A stretch of 64,000 nt of DNA from Podarcis bocagei. Lineage: Eukaryota. This document shows, in pieces, positions 37,303 to 50,835 of the stretch. The first letter of the stretch is position 1, and the number at the start of each line of letters is the position of its first letter. Made by a program: the position numbers and the translations under genes. The DNA lies in assembly GCA_964188305.1 (NCBI GenBank), contig OZ076893.1; one strand, written 5' to 3'. The notes under the pieces are model-generated. The model was not told the DNA's origin. It saw nothing but the letters and a program-made list of their open reading frames with translations, and did not search any database.

Positions 37303-37705
37303 TTTTAAAAAATATATAAAATATTTATTAAAGTTTTTAAAATATAACAATGAAAAAGAATAAAAAATAAAAAGAAAAACAAAATACAAAATACAACATA
37401 AGAACATTTAAAAAACAAATAATTTTCCATAACATCTCCGGCCTCCTCATACCTCCCTTCTTTGTATTCCACTTCAATTTGTTAGTTCAGCAAATCCTTA
37501 CCATTAAGCTTTTACCCATTTATAAACCTTTTTTTTTCATATCTCCTAAAGCATTACAGCTGGAAACCCCTTAATTTCTATCCAACATCCTTCTAACATT
37601 CATTAATTTTACAATATTTCTGTAAATAGTCTTTAAATTTCTTCCAGTCTTCTTTCACCGACTCTTCTCCCTGGTCTCGGATTCTGCCAGTCATTTCTGC
37701 CAACA
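37303..37705 (-). mobile_element. L1-type LINE 3' fragment (ORF2 C-terminus, 3' UTR, A-rich tail)
   Basis: Minus strand LAEMTGRIRDQGEESVKEDWKKFKDYLQKYCKINEC* resembles squamate L1 ORF2 ends (W..F..YL); AATAAA and A-tail at ~37303-37330. Confidence 0.7.
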
Positions 37706-37927
37706 TCACTATGAATTTCTGCCATAGGCTTTCTTTACCTGTACGGCAGCCTTCTATTCTTAAAATATCTTGCACCTTAATAAATAATATAGAGAAGCAT
37801 TTAATGTTTCCAAGAAAAGCATGGAACAAAATGACCTCTTGTCCTAAGTGAGGAATTTGCCTTAGATGATCCCTGTGGTAGGAAGCAAGTGTGATGTTTA
37901 TCACAATGCACTTGGGTTGCTGAAGTA

Positions 37928-38153
37928 CAGTGGTACCTCGGGTTAAGAACTTAATTCGTTCCGGAGGTGTGTTCTTAACCTGAAACTGTTCTTAACCTGA
38001 AGTACCACTTTAGCTAATGGGGCCTCCCTCTGCCACCGCGCCGCCAGAGCACGATTTCTGTTCTTATCCTGAAGCAAAGTTCTTAACCTGAGGTCCTATT
38101 TCTGGGTTAGCGGAGTCTGTAACCTGAAGCGCCTGTAACCCGAGGTACCACTG
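37928..38153. mobile_element. Tc1/mariner MITE (CAGTGGTACC family), copy 4
   Basis: TIRs cagtggtacctcgggtta / taacccgaggtaccactg; left TA, right AA. Confidence 0.92.
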
Positions 38154-39193
38154 AATCAGAGAACATAGAGAAGTTAACTCAGAGTTCTGGCAAGTGTGTT
38201 ACAGAACCAGATGGACATAAGTAAACCAAAATATTTATTTCTATACTTCACTAACAGTGCTTCTGTTATTTTAGAAGATTCTATTTTTCCTTCTTTGTAG
38301 TTAAAATAGTAGAGAATGTCAAATGTCTACTACCCAAATCTAGCTGTGTGGACAGCTTCATGGCAGTCAGAGTAGGGCCCTGCTACCATTAAACAAAATG
38401 AGTGGACAGAAGGCCTTGGAATTAGAAGACTGTTACAGGCTGGTTCTAATATTAGCCAGAGGGAGGAAATTGCCTCATGCAGATGATTTTGGGTATCATA
38501 AAAGAGTAACAAATGGTCGCGTTGTTGTTGTTGTTATTATTATTAACATGTTTACTATTGGGAGTGTCAAAACTTACGTACTACAAATCTTGACTGTGGG
38601 TTGGCACAATTTGCTGTTCTGCCGCGGGCTCTGTCTCTGTCTCTGTCTTTGGCTGTGTTTATTTAGTAATCCTGAGCAACCCTTTGTCTTGCAATACTTT
38701 CCTATAATTAAAACTGAAGCAAACTAATTATCTAAAGCATATTTAAAAGGAGGAGGAAGTACTGGATTATATAGCAATTATTGTGGTTCAACTCCAGCAC
38801 CAAAACATATTGCACTGTACTCAAAATCAGTAAACCTCCTTGCACCAGCAATTCAAATAAATATCAGTTTAAATATATATTACGTATCATGTTAGTATCA
38901 TTAACAAAGGTTGCTGTGCATTAAAAGTTCAATCAAAACTCTCAGTTGGAAATGGCCATTATTCTTGTATTGATTTGTATTCATGGCACCCATCCTAGAT
39001 GATAGAAAACAGCATCCCTCCTAGAAATTGCTACGGCAATATAGCTTTTTATGTCTGCTTTTCTGGCCCCCCATTAAGAATAATTAACTGGATTTGTGTT
39101 TCATAATGTGTCCTTAGTATATTGATAATTCTTTGTGTATGCAGTTCTTTCTTCAGCCTGTTTAGGTCACCAAATTCTTCTGAGATTAACAGA

Positions 39194-39433
39194 CCAAGTG
39201 TCCTATTTTCCAGGGATAGTTCCAGATTTACAGAAGCCATCCCGGTATCTGATTTGATCCCGGAATGTCCCACTTTTCCTTAGAACGTCCCTATTTTAAT
39301 CAGAGAAATGTTGGAGGGTATGGAGTTATGTGACTCCTGAGCCAAGGAAATAAGTAACTATACAACCTTTAGAATACATCTGAAGATAGCCCTATACAGT
39401 ATAGGGAAGTTATTTAATGTTTAATGGGTAGCA

Positions 39434-39474
<41 letters not shown>

Positions 39475-39487
39475 GATAGGACATCCC
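39194..39487 (+). mobile_element. Chimeric hAT (Blackjack-like) MITE with captured L2 tail, copy A, including (ATT)n
   Basis: GTCCC repeats, TIR gaaatgttggagggtatg, then L2-like segment; homologous to 42599 and 54276. Confidence 0.7.
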
Positions 39488-40992
39488 TCTCCATCAATTA
39501 CCTTCTACCTTTACCTGATTGAAATATTGATCTCTAACAACCCAGGAACGTAATTCTCTCAAAGTTTATTAGGGGTACCGCCACAAAAGACCAGTAATGG
39601 TGGGCAAGTTCCTTGAAAGACAATTGTGCAGAACTACCAATGTGCACAGATTGTGTACTATGTTTGGAATATGATGTGAAGCCTTAGAATGCAAATATAG
39701 ATCTTCTGCAATGCGCCCAAAAGGGATGTATGCTGCTTAGTGGCAAGCCCAGTGTGATGGGTGAAATGCCCCTGAAAGAATTACCACATTATTCCTTACC
39801 AGATATGGTAATGCAGCTCTGGCTGTATGATCCAGTCTTACATTCCCACACATTTGACCAAGGTGAGTTTCCTTGCCCAAATTCTTAGGCCAGGGAAAGA
39901 TGCTGTTCCTCACAAGCTCCTTAGTGAGGGAATCAGCTTGAGCAAATGACTACAAGGGAAGTGTTCCTTGTTACGCACATTTTTGAACTACAAACGTTCC
40001 CAACTTTCTTAGCTGTTTGCCTATATTTTATCCCCACCCCGCCCACTCCATGTACTATTAAAAGTCATTGAGAACTATAGTGTAGAGAGAATCAGTTTGT
40101 AAACAATCTCTCTGGAGCACCAGCAATTATGTCAGAGAGAAGTGTGAAGGGGAGAAAAAATGGATTTGCTTGATGTTATTGCCTTTCTGAAGATCCAGAC
40201 TGTCTGGAGCCCCTACTCTTTAGTACTCAAAGAATAGAGTTTACAGTTATGGACTTTCATTATGTTAACATTATTTTCATAAGAGGTGACATAGTATTGG
40301 GGAACTGTATTTTACTTGATATTCACTGAATGATAATGAGGGAGCTGATTCTAGAGTGTTCCGTCAATTAGAGTAATATATATGCAGACTGGTTACTGTG
40401 CCCTTGGAAGTTCCTCTTTTTAACAAAGCACATCTAGTCACTTCTGATTTTACCAGCCCAGTGCATCAAATTCTCATTGACAGCTGGATAAGCTGAACAA
40501 AATCATTAAATGTGACTTAGGGCCCTGCTATATGTGATGCCAAATGCATCATTACTCTCTGGCACGTCCAGGAAGGGCTGGAGAAAACCCCAGTCTGAAA
40601 CTGGAAGACTGGGGCAAGTACAGACACTACTGAGCTAGCTGGAGATTTAAATCACACCCAATACGCATATTTAAAGCATATGGGTTTTTGCAAAGAATAC
40701 AGGGAACTGTAGTTTCCTCCTCACAGAGCACCCTTAATAAACTTTAGTTCCCAAGATTCCTGATGCGGAAAGTTTTGTGTTTTAAATGTGCACTGGGTGT
40801 GCTTTAAATCTATGGGTGTATCCATCCTAACTCCATATAAATCAGCTTCATGCATTCAGTTTTGCATTAGGACTTTTAATATTGAACAAATAACCTCATG
40901 ATAACCATTGCTTGGATGGGTTATAAAATATTTAACAATAACTAATTTATGTGACTGTTAAAGAGCAAAATATATTTTATGAAATCTGACTT

Positions 40993-41105
40993 TGGGTTGT
41001 ATCCAACTCCTACTCCTACTCAGAGAAGACCCACTAAAATTAAAGAACCTAAGTTAGTATTGCCCATTAAAATCAATGGGTCTTCTCTGAGTAGCAGTAG
41101 CATTT
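40993..41105. repeat. Palindromic MITE (GGGTTG...ACCC type); second copy at 44438-44637
   Basis: Both share 'cagagaagaccca.t.aaattaa.gaacctaa.ttag' and the inverted 'tcaatggg.ct.ctctgagta'. Confidence 0.65.
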
Positions 41106-42598
41106 GTTCTGCTACAGTATCATGGGGCTTTGTAGCTAACACAAGCATAATAAAAAACTATCTTTGCAGCATAAGACCTATGTGGTAGAAATACAAATTC
41201 TCAAAAGGATGTGGTTCTCTAATAGGAAGTGCATTACTGCCCTGAATAAGGTCAATCAAATTTCATTATTTTTACATTAATATAGAGACTGAATTTCAGG
41301 CAGTTGCAATAAGCTCTGCAGGTAGATGAGATGTGTGTGGGATTATTTTTTGCTGACTCAGCTGACACTCTCCTTAGCTTAGCCATGGATATACTTTATT
41401 ATCTTGAGGTTTTGAAAAGCAATCATCAAGATCAGGCTGCATGCATTAACATTGTTTGGAGCTGCCTTGTCCTATTAGTAGTAGAATTTCCTAGATGGTT
41501 TTTGAAAGATCTGTTTGTCTACCCAATTTCTTATAGAACACGCCTACAACACTTTCCGCTTGTTTGGGCAAGAGGCATCCCATTTCATCAAAATGATCCC
41601 AGAAACTGAAGTTTTGGAGCTGTCCCCTTTTAAAACAAATGAATCACAATATAGAGAAGACAATTTTGGAGCTGCTGTGTCCCACACTAGTGATTAAAAA
41701 TATAAATCCATAAGAAGTCAATATAACTTTCATTAGCAGTCTAGCTTTTGGGAGGATGGCAAGATATAACAGCTTCAAGATGCCTAGAAAGAAGTTACAA
41801 CATATATAAAACAGTTAAAACAATAGCATGTATAAAAATATTTTTTTAAAGTACAGTAACACCAGTCCCAAGTTAAATAGCACTAGATTATCAGGGTACA
41901 CCACTTCCTTCAGGGCCCATCCACACTTTTGCTTTTGTTGTTCCACTGCTGTGTCCTGTTAAAATCTGATGTTACCCACTGAGTCAGAATATCTGAAGAG
42001 ATATTTGCCCCACTTCCTAAACCACTCCACTACTGTGAGAACTTTTTGTTTAAACCAGAGTAGCAAAAACTGTAGATCACCAGACTCCAAATTCCTATAA
42101 GCTCCTGCCACCATGACCAGTGGCCATGGAAGATAGCATTAACATCTATCAACACCTGCAAACCATAGGTTTCTCACCCAGATTTGATACTATTTCCTGC
42201 TGTTTAACAATATATTAATCAGTAAGATATTGCCCACTTATTCCATGCCTGATCAAAATACTCAGGAACCTTTTGTGAGAAGCTCTGTAAAAACACACAG
42301 GTAGTTGTATGGCATGATTAAACCCCTTCCTCCAGTCTAGTTGACATGATCCAATTTGTTGCCTCCATGCTATCTGTCTTTCAGAAATATTGGGAGATCC
42401 AACCATGAATCTCCCTTCACCTTCTCTGGTTTGGCAAGTTGATCAAACATGTAGTTGATCAAACATGTAGAAGTGACAAAGGGCTTTTGACTCACCTGTG
42501 TCATCACAATCTAAGAGGGGTGTAGTGTAACATTATAGAGTTTCCAATCAGTCTCCCAGGTTCTCCAAATAATGAATGCAAAGACATAAATACAACTG

Positions 42599-42933
42599 CA
42601 GACCCTCCAAGTGCACCTATTTTCCAGGTACGTCCCTGATTTAAAGAAGCCGTCCCAGCTTCTGATTTGATCTTGGAATGTCCCACTTCTCCTTAGGATG
42701 TCCCTGTTTTGACTGGAGAAATCTTGGAGGCTGTGAAGTTATCTGCACCCTGAGCCGCCTGAAGGCAATACTGTATAGGGAAGTGTTTTAATGTTTATTT
42801 ATGTTTTGATGTATGTTGGAAGCTGCCAAGAGTGGCTGGGGCAACCCAGTAAGATGTATAGGATATAAATAGTAAAATTATCATTATGGAATGGAACGTC
42901 CCTATTTTCATTGGATAAATGTTGTAGGGTATG
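42599..42933 (+). mobile_element. Chimeric hAT (Blackjack-like) MITE with captured L2 tail, copy B (most complete)
   Basis: Left TIR cagaccctccaa; right TIR present twice (~42716-42735 and ~42915-42933) around an L2 3'-UTR segment. Confidence 0.75.
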
Positions 42934-43224
42934 CAAATTGGGGGAGAGGTTCAGCAACTTAGTTTTGTTCAGTCAACAAAGATATCAGAAGAATCCAGAA
43001 AATAGGGCTGGGTTACTGTTTGGGGGACTGTTTTTGGGGGGGAGGGGGTGGGGTTGATTTTGTTTTGCCCACCCACATTTAATCTATCAAGACTGTGTGT
43101 TACAGTTTCCCCAGAAATACTTTTGCCATTAAATGATAGATTTGTTGCCACCTGTCTCACTTTTGTCTTGTCTGATCAGGCTGCAGTTGTAGCAGCCTCC
43201 ACTTAGCCTCAGGCAAACAATTTA

Positions 43225-43356
43225 CAGTGGTACCTCTGGTTAAGAACTTAATTCGTTCCAGAGGTCTGTTCTTAACCCGAGGCACCACTTTAGCTAATGG
43301 GGCCTCCCGCTGCTGCCGCGCCACCACCGCGCGATTTTTGTTCTCATCCTGGGGCA
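43225..43356. mobile_element. Truncated CAGTGGTACC-family MITE, copy 5
   Basis: TA plus left TIR; homology to 37928 stops at ~43356. Confidence 0.85.
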
Positions 43357-44647
43357 TACACAATCACAACCTTACATGGGTGGGGGAGGAATAAATAAAT
43401 AAATGGAGAGCAAGGGAAATTCTCCTTTCCCCTCTCTCCATTCATTTACTTATTCCACCCACCCACCTAGTAAGCTTTCTTTGCTTCCTAGCCTCTGGGG
43501 AGGTGTGGGAGGCACTGGGAAGCTCACAGAGCCCCTGCACGTCCTTCCCAGAGTCCAATAAACAATGTACCTCGCTTAATGGGCTTTGGGAAGGAGGGCA
43601 GGATTGCTTCCAGAGCCATATGTTCAGATAATATAATACATAATATCATATACACATATTACCATTAATCAAACCAAAACATATAACTTAGTATCAAGTT
43701 ATCTGTGGGGGAAAATGTTTCTGTGTCATTTGAAAAGTTTTATTTTAAAAATAAAGCAAAACACCATAGTACAATTAGTATGGGGTGTTCTAGAAGTTGG
43801 GGTATCAAATCTTCCTTACACGATGAAAAAGTTGTGAAGTTTGACTCTATTTTCTGCTATTCAGTGAGAAGCCATCTGAATATTGGCTGGATAAGCAAGA
43901 ACCACAGTGGGGGAGAAGGCTGAGCCTTCTGTATTAATGCTGAACAAATGGAATCCAGATTTAATATTGTGTGTGGTCTAAGAGATCATTAGCAAATTAG
44001 GATCCAGAAAATCTGTTTTTGTACTGATATGTGTACCTTTGGTGTTGTTTTTCCTTAGTTTAGATGAATTGTATTTTGGTACTACCTTGATTTTGCCGAA
44101 AAAATTATTGTTATGCAGCTGTTAGGCTTCCTCTAACATAGACTTTAGTGTACTGCAAAGTCATATTTTAAATTAAATATGAAACTGACTCTCTTGTGAG
44201 TTTTAAAACTGCTTAATTCCACTTTATGTGTTCTGCACCAAAGCACTTCAGCTTGGAGCAAGAGCAGAATCAACAAGTACTCTGAGAGGCTATTTGCAGT
44301 GCTTAGCAGGAAACTACTAATAAAGTATCTGGTAAGATTGTATTCTTTCTAAATTTTCATCTCAGGTGGCAAATTGCTGAAGTTCAAGAAAGATGTAGAA
44401 CTGAATTCTGAAAAACAAGAAATTGTATTATTTCTCTGGGTTGAATTCAACTGAGTCTTTTCAGAGAAGACCCATTGAAATTAATGAACCTAAATTAGGA
44501 AGAAATCCTAAATATGGAAAGATCAGTCACATTCTAACTTGCTAATCCTGATAGATCTAGGGGTTGGACTGTAGCCTAAGTAATGTTTATTAACTTCAAT
44601 GGGACTACTCTGAGTAAAACTTAGTTGAATACTACCCACAGTGTAGA

Positions 44648-45381
44648 CACTTCTTCACTCTTGCTAAGCAAAAACTAAAATCAACAGCACATTATGCACT
44701 CGGTGTGCAAATTTGCTGGAGAAACTTAGTGAATGTTTTAATGAATATTATGAAACCTCTTTGAAAAGACATAGAATCAAAGTTGTAGAGTTGGAAGCTT
44801 CCCTAAGGGTCATCTAGTCCAGCACCCTTAAGTTAAGGAATCTTAACTAGATTATCCATGACAGATAGCCATTCAGTGTTAAAGCAGATGAAAAATTTCT
44901 GCTTGAGCTAATAGAACACTGAACTATAGGTCAAATATAACATAAATGTACTGGAATTCTACAAACTGTACATCTCAGGAGAAATTTTCTGCATTCAGGA
45001 AACAAGCACTAAGAATAGCATCCCTGTTTGCACTGACCTACTGCTGCAAAGCATTGTTTCAAAGCTGCTTCAGGCCAAGAACCATCTTGGTGCCAGATTG
45101 TCAGATGACAAATGAGAGAGTGGCATTAACATCAGTGCAACCAGACTTGGCAAGACTCACAAAGGAAAAGAATCATCAAACAAGAAAGAGATTATGTCTG
45201 AAGGATAAGGATGGCTATAAGGAGAGCTGGATGCTACATGAAGTGATTTGTATCAAAGCTAAGAAATTTATTGTGCATGTTTCTCTTTAGCCCTGCCCTC
45301 TTCTAGCCCCCACCATTTTGCCATCAGCTGGTTGGCCAGGTATGAATACAACCCTTAGGTTGAAATGGGCTCCCCAACCTG
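44648..45381 (+). pseudogene. Fragmented hAT (Charlie/Buster/SPIN-like) transposase fossil and element 3' end
   Basis: Frameshifted pieces HFFTL, LLEKLSECFNE, PFSVKADEKFLLELIE, FRKQALRIASLFALTYCCKALF(S)KLLQAKNHLGARLSDD, RVALTSVQPDLARL match the hAT C-terminal/dimerisation region; possible TIR ccccaacctg at ~45381. Confidence 0.75.
44768..44870 (-). mobile_element. CR1 3' tail fragment inserted in the transposase fossil
   Basis: catagaatc...gttggaag...ggtcatctagtcca is the reverse complement of the CR1 tail at 45880-45935. Confidence 0.75.
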
Positions 45382-45430
45382 GATGTGCAGGTTTCTTCCT
45401 CCCCTTATTTGCGTTTTAGTATTAAATGAA

Positions 45431-45935
45431 ACTGTACCACATCCAGTTTGGGGCACCAGAGTTTAAGAAAGATATTGACAAGCTGGAACATGCACGGAGG
45501 AGGGTGACCAAAATGATGAAGGATCTGTTAACCAAGCCTTATGAGAAATGGTTGAGGAAATTGCATATGTTTAGCCTGGGAAAGAGGAGACTGAGAAAAA
45601 ATATGATAACCATGTTCAAATATCTCACGGGCTGTCGTATGGAGGTTGGAGCAAGCTTTTTTTCTCATGCTTCAGAGGGTAGGACCCGAACCAATGGCTT
45701 CAAGTTACAAGGCAATTCTGACTAAACATCAGGAAGGACTTTCTGACAGTAAGAGCTGTTTGATAGGGGAACAAACTCCCTTGGAAGGCGGTGGAGTCTC
45801 CTTCCTTGGAGGTTTTTAAGCAGAGGTTGGATGGTCATCTGCCATGGATGTTGTACTTGAACTTCCTGCATTGCAGGGGGTTGGACTAGATGACCCTCGG
45901 GATCCCTTCCAGCTGTACAATTCTATGATTCTATG
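45431..45935 (+). mobile_element. 5'-truncated CR1 LINE (older subfamily)
   Basis: QFGAPEFKKDIDKLE...FSLGKRRLR...MFKYL...RTRTNGFKLQ; ATTCTATG tail. Confidence 0.9.
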
Positions 45936-46329
45936 TTATGGAAATGTATAAAACATTGATAATATTAAAACGATTGTTATAAGAGTATAAATGAATATTA
46001 TATTATAATTATATCATTTTGTTCTGTATTTAACTACACAGACACATTTAAGTAAACTTTGTTACTCAGATATTTGTGTGTGGTGGGAATAATGGGGAGG
46101 AGGAAGCTACAGTAGCAAAGCCTCCCAACTAAATTCCAGCTGTGATCATAGCTACACACATGCCCTCTATCTCTTATTTGCAGTGCAGTCTATATTTATG
46201 TTATATGTGAAATAACAGTCCAGGGAACAGTGGCTTGCTTAAGAAGTGACGGCTTCCTCCCACCCCATCTTTGAAAGAGGATAACTGTGTCCAAGCAATA
46301 TATATAGCTGTGTGGTCCTTAAGAGCTTC

Positions 46330-46505
46330 AATGGAGTCCCCTACCTAATGAAGTGAGGTGTGAGGGTATTAGGGAGAGGCCTTTTCGGTGGTGATGGGGC
46401 CTCCATTATAGAGTACCTTCACCAGAGAGGCTAGCCTGGCAGCTATATTATAATATTTTTGGCACCAAGTGAATACTTTATTTATTTTTTCAGCCCTTTT
46501 ATTTA
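46330..46505 (+). mobile_element. Old L2 ORF2 C-terminal fragment
   Basis: 'gagaggccttttcggtggtg...' resembles RAFSVVAP at 59156-59180. Confidence 0.55.
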
Positions 46506-49500
46506 TACGTTAAGTACATTTTAGATCTTTGGCACTAATCACATTTCCCTTTGCTGAGCTCTGGAAGGCTAAAGCATCTAAGGCTTGCTCTCTAGGGATC
46601 CAATGTGGAAACAGTGAACTTTGTAGGAGTATTGCGATGCACACCTCCACCTAGGATTGTGCATCAACTGGTGTGTACCCAGAATAACAAGGCGAACCAT
46701 GATCTCACATTCTCTAGTCCGATGGTGCCATTACCAAGGCATCTAAAGGCAGAACAGGGACCCCCTAAGTGTTTTGAGTCACTCTGTAACTTGAGTTTCC
46801 CCAATAAGTTAAATGCATAATAACCCTTCCCCTTTCCTTTCTGAGAAATAAAACCAAACTGACTGAGCTCAGTGCTGGAGAGGAGAGGGGATGGACAGTG
46901 GAGGGAGCCTTCATTTTGATGGACAGGTCTTGCTTGTAATCACAGTAAATTATTTTTTTGCCGTCACTCCAATCACAATGATTTGGTGAAGCAAGTAAAT
47001 AGAGTTGTTCTTCATGTCCCAAGAATAAATTTTGGTTACACCTTGGTTTGTTTTGAATGAGGCAAACCGTAAGCCCAAGTTAGGACAACATGCTAAGCCA
47101 AACCATGGCTTAGCTCATTGCAGCACAGCAAGACTGAAGGAGGACCAAACTGGAAGCCTGCATGCTAAGGCATAGTTTGGCTTTGCATTATATGCAAACA
47201 GAGCTAAATAATAGTCAAAAGAGGTTCATTACTGGAGCTAGAGTTCCCATCTAGGATTATTTTCAGTCATTTCCTGAATACTAGAGAACTTCACTGCTGA
47301 CAGTCACAATATCTCCCAAATAACACATAACCCAGAGAAATGAATCATTCTGTTGTTTCCTGGATCAGCTTAGCAAAACAGAGGATTTCTTAAATGTTGC
47401 CTTAAAAAAACATATCATCTTCACCTTTGTCTCCCTAAAGATGTTTCTTTCTCTTACAGTATCCATAGTAACTGCAAAGACTTAGGTTAATAGTAAAAAC
47501 ATGGGGGTCAAATGCTAAATTCTGACTCATTCACAGTGCAACACTATACATGTCTACCGTGAATTAAGTTCCATTGTTTTCTTCCTGGCCATTGATAATG
47601 CTAGCTGGGGTTGATGGGAGTTATAATGCAAAATAAAGCATCAGGTTGGAGAAAACCATTTTATAGTTTTCTTAGCTGCCTTGTGGACCCTTAATGGTGT
47701 AAAAGTGGGATGTAATTGTTTTAAATAAATAGTCTTCTTATTTGGGTACCAGAAAAAAGTTTTGTGTTCTTTCAAGGTTATTAGTTTTTATTAACCCATT
47801 ATTAAATACTCATCTGATTGTAATACTGTACTAAAATTCTTGTCGGGGTGGATCTTTATAATTGTTCAGGTGTGGACAAATATGTAGGAAAAACTCAGAG
47901 AGAACAAGGGAATCAGAGTGTCAAAATGTTTTATGTTGTCCAATGCATTTTGGAATTAAGAAATTTCTTCATTGGAGCAAGATATACTTCTTAGCAGCTC
48001 CTCTCTGTAAACATGCCCCAATGGTTCCACCTGAGCTGCTCCTCCATTTTGTTTCTAACCACATTGCAGCCGTACCAGCAAGCTGCATGAAGTTTACTAT
48101 GTCAAATTACAGAGATAATACCCCCCCCCCCCCGTTTTGTGGAGACTTTACTCATCTCCTGTTTTTTCTGGTTTAATGCACACATCTCAAATTACAAGTG
48201 CTGAAATGTGCTGGCTGTACATTTATTTTATTTATTATCAGTACTTACAGGATACTCTGTTACAGAGTTGTCAGGATTGATCACGACAAGAGATAAAGCA
48301 GTTTAAAATTTATACTGCTGTTTCTTCTGGAATGGTGGTTTTTGCCTGTTCAAACAATACAACAGGCCTGAAGATAGTCTTTTACACACTGTGTTAGATT
48401 AAGATATCAGAAAAGAAACAGCATTTTATTTTAAGCCATGGAACATAAGGTATATAAAGTGCCTTGAACAAAGAGGATTTTATCTGTTTGTACAATATTA
48501 CACCAAACAGTACACAGCTCAGGTTATATATGATGTACAGCAGTCTTTGTGGCTCCTTGAGAGCTTTTAATTGAAAGACCTACTTTTCAAAAGAGTAATT
48601 GCTTGCTACCCCAGGAATTCAAATTGAATTTAAAGGAAATGTTTTCCTAGATGAACATTTAACACCCAAACTTGGAAAAAAGATGGTTAACTGTAGGGCT
48701 TTCAAGGAAGGAAAGAAGCATGTAATTATTTTGTTTTGTGTGAAAGATTAATTTTTTAAAAACCTACTTTCATCGAGAACCCAACATTTGTGAAGAAGAA
48801 TATTTGTTTAAGGTGTGCAAAATTTAGGCTGCTTGCACATTACTGGCTTAAAATGCAGATGTGCCTTTCTTTTTCTCAGTTTGGATCAAAGCTGGTTGGA
48901 AGAAACTCATCAAAACATAGTATTTCATAAGAAGCAGGGTAGATATTGATGTGGCTAATATTGTGTGCACACTGCTTCCCAAACTAGTGGAAGCTCAATG
49001 GATCCAGAGTAAATGGGAGTGTGTCATTGTGGAGATTAAATGTTGACTCTTGAAGATACTTTGGGCCTTTTTGTGTATGCAGGAAAAAAATAACACTCCT
49101 TGTGAAAGTGAATTTTTTTTTACTCTGTTACAGTCTACAGTAAAAGACCTTGTGTTGAGAGGTGGGGAGGAGAGGGTGATCTCACGTAAAAAAGGAACTT
49201 TATTATTCCCTCCCTTAAAACATGTATTTTTAATAGAAAAGAAGGAAATTGTTGGCTGTGCATGGGTAAGTAACAGATATGTTACAATTGCTTAAGTAAG
49301 ACGGTTAATTACATTTTATCACATGGTTAAATGCAATTATAATGCTTAGTTATGACCATCAGGCGAGGCTGAATAAGGCACACTAGCATACCAAACACAA
49401 GGGACTGTATTATTTGGCATCTTGTTTGCTTTTGCCATTCCAGTGTTTCACATTCACTTATGACTGGTTCAGTATGAGGCTTTTAAATACTCAGATACAC

Positions 49501-50359
49501 TCTACTATGCTACATTTTTAACCACACTTTCCCTTGTAGTACTAGCTTGAAGAAAAACGGAGAGAGAGAAAACACCATTTAATCTAATGAAGCCTCTTAT
49601 CTTGTTAGTTATGGACAACTGTAGATAGCTAGTAAGTGTGGAATGAGTCTTTTTCCTTTTGGATTTTGAAGAGAGAGAAGATGGACAAATGTAGATATTT
49701 TTATAAGCTCTCTGGAGGATATGGACCCTTCATTACATAAATATTTGGAGAAACTGCAATTGAAATTGATCCCAATTAAGTCCTAGATATGTCAAAGGGC
49801 AATAAAGTTCATTGTTATTAAATACAGGAATACTTTTTTCTCAGAAAAAGCTTTTAAGAGATATAAGCATCCTAATAAATATGGAGTTTTTTTAAAGAAA
49901 AGGAGAGCAGCAGGTTGAATGATCTATTCTTAAAATAAATACTAGAGTAGTATTCCCTTACAGTGAGCCTTTGTTAATATTGGTTAAAAGTATTTGTAAA
50001 TCTATTATTAAAAAAAACAAAAACAGAAAAATGCTAAGGCTTCCAGGCCCACTCTGTTCACAAAACACTTTAGCCAGAGTGTTTGGAACTGAGCTGAGCA
50101 TAAATGGAAATATTCTGGCTTCGCTGGTTTGAAGGACATAGATACTATCTAGATGGGTGGTGTTTTATAAAGCATTACGGATACCATAAATCAATTAAAG
50201 AACTTATTAAAGAATTATTACATCTACTGGTTTCTCACAGGAATAGGGAATCTCAGGCCTCTTTATCTCCCAAGCCATTCTTCTTTCCAGACCACACCCC
50301 TCACCAACATGCCTCTGCACGCTCCTTGAGTGCTTTTGCCTGACTGCACTGTGCCCTTG

Positions 50360-50362
<3 letters not shown>

Positions 50363-50391
<29 letters not shown>
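50363..50391. repeat. (TG)n microsatellite
   Basis: Direct reading. Confidence 0.97.
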
Positions 50392-50394
<3 letters not shown>

Positions 50395-50689
50395 CCCCAG
50401 AGTTTTTCATGGCTGGAATGTAGCCTACTGGTCAAAGGAATCACATATGGTCAAAAGTAAGGGTCAGGCATTTGTCTCTGGCCATGCCCACGACTGGTGT
50501 GTCATGTCTAGATAGTTGCCTACAAAATAATATGACCCTTGAGCTGAAGAACATTCCCAATTCATGCTTTAGGATAAGATAGCATTGGAGTTGTATAGTC
50601 TCCTTGTAATATTTGCTTTATTTGCAAATATATAAGCAGAGAATATTGGAAGCAAACGGACACTTCTGCATCACATCTAAGTGTAGGAT

Positions 50690-50835
50690 TGCAGAGACCC
50701 AGGTTCAACATGAAGTTCACTGGGTGACCCTTGGCCAGTTACTGTCTTTCTTATCTTCCAGGTTATGGGGAGGAGAGAACCATATGTATGCCTCCTTGAG
50801 ACGCTTGGGATAAAGGTGGAACAAAAATAAATAAT
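50690..50835 (+). mobile_element. Degenerate Squam3/CORE-like SINE
   Basis: ggttcaa B box, ctgggtgacc.ttggccagt CORE-like block, TAAA tail. Confidence 0.55.

Noticed and set aside
41331-41697. 92-aa and 60-aa ORFs
   Set aside because: No domain similarity or splice support; within chance expectation.
48860-48940. Candidate small exon (LDQSWLEETHQNIVFHKKQ) after a good acceptor
   Set aside because: Weak donor, unrecognised peptide and no partner exons.
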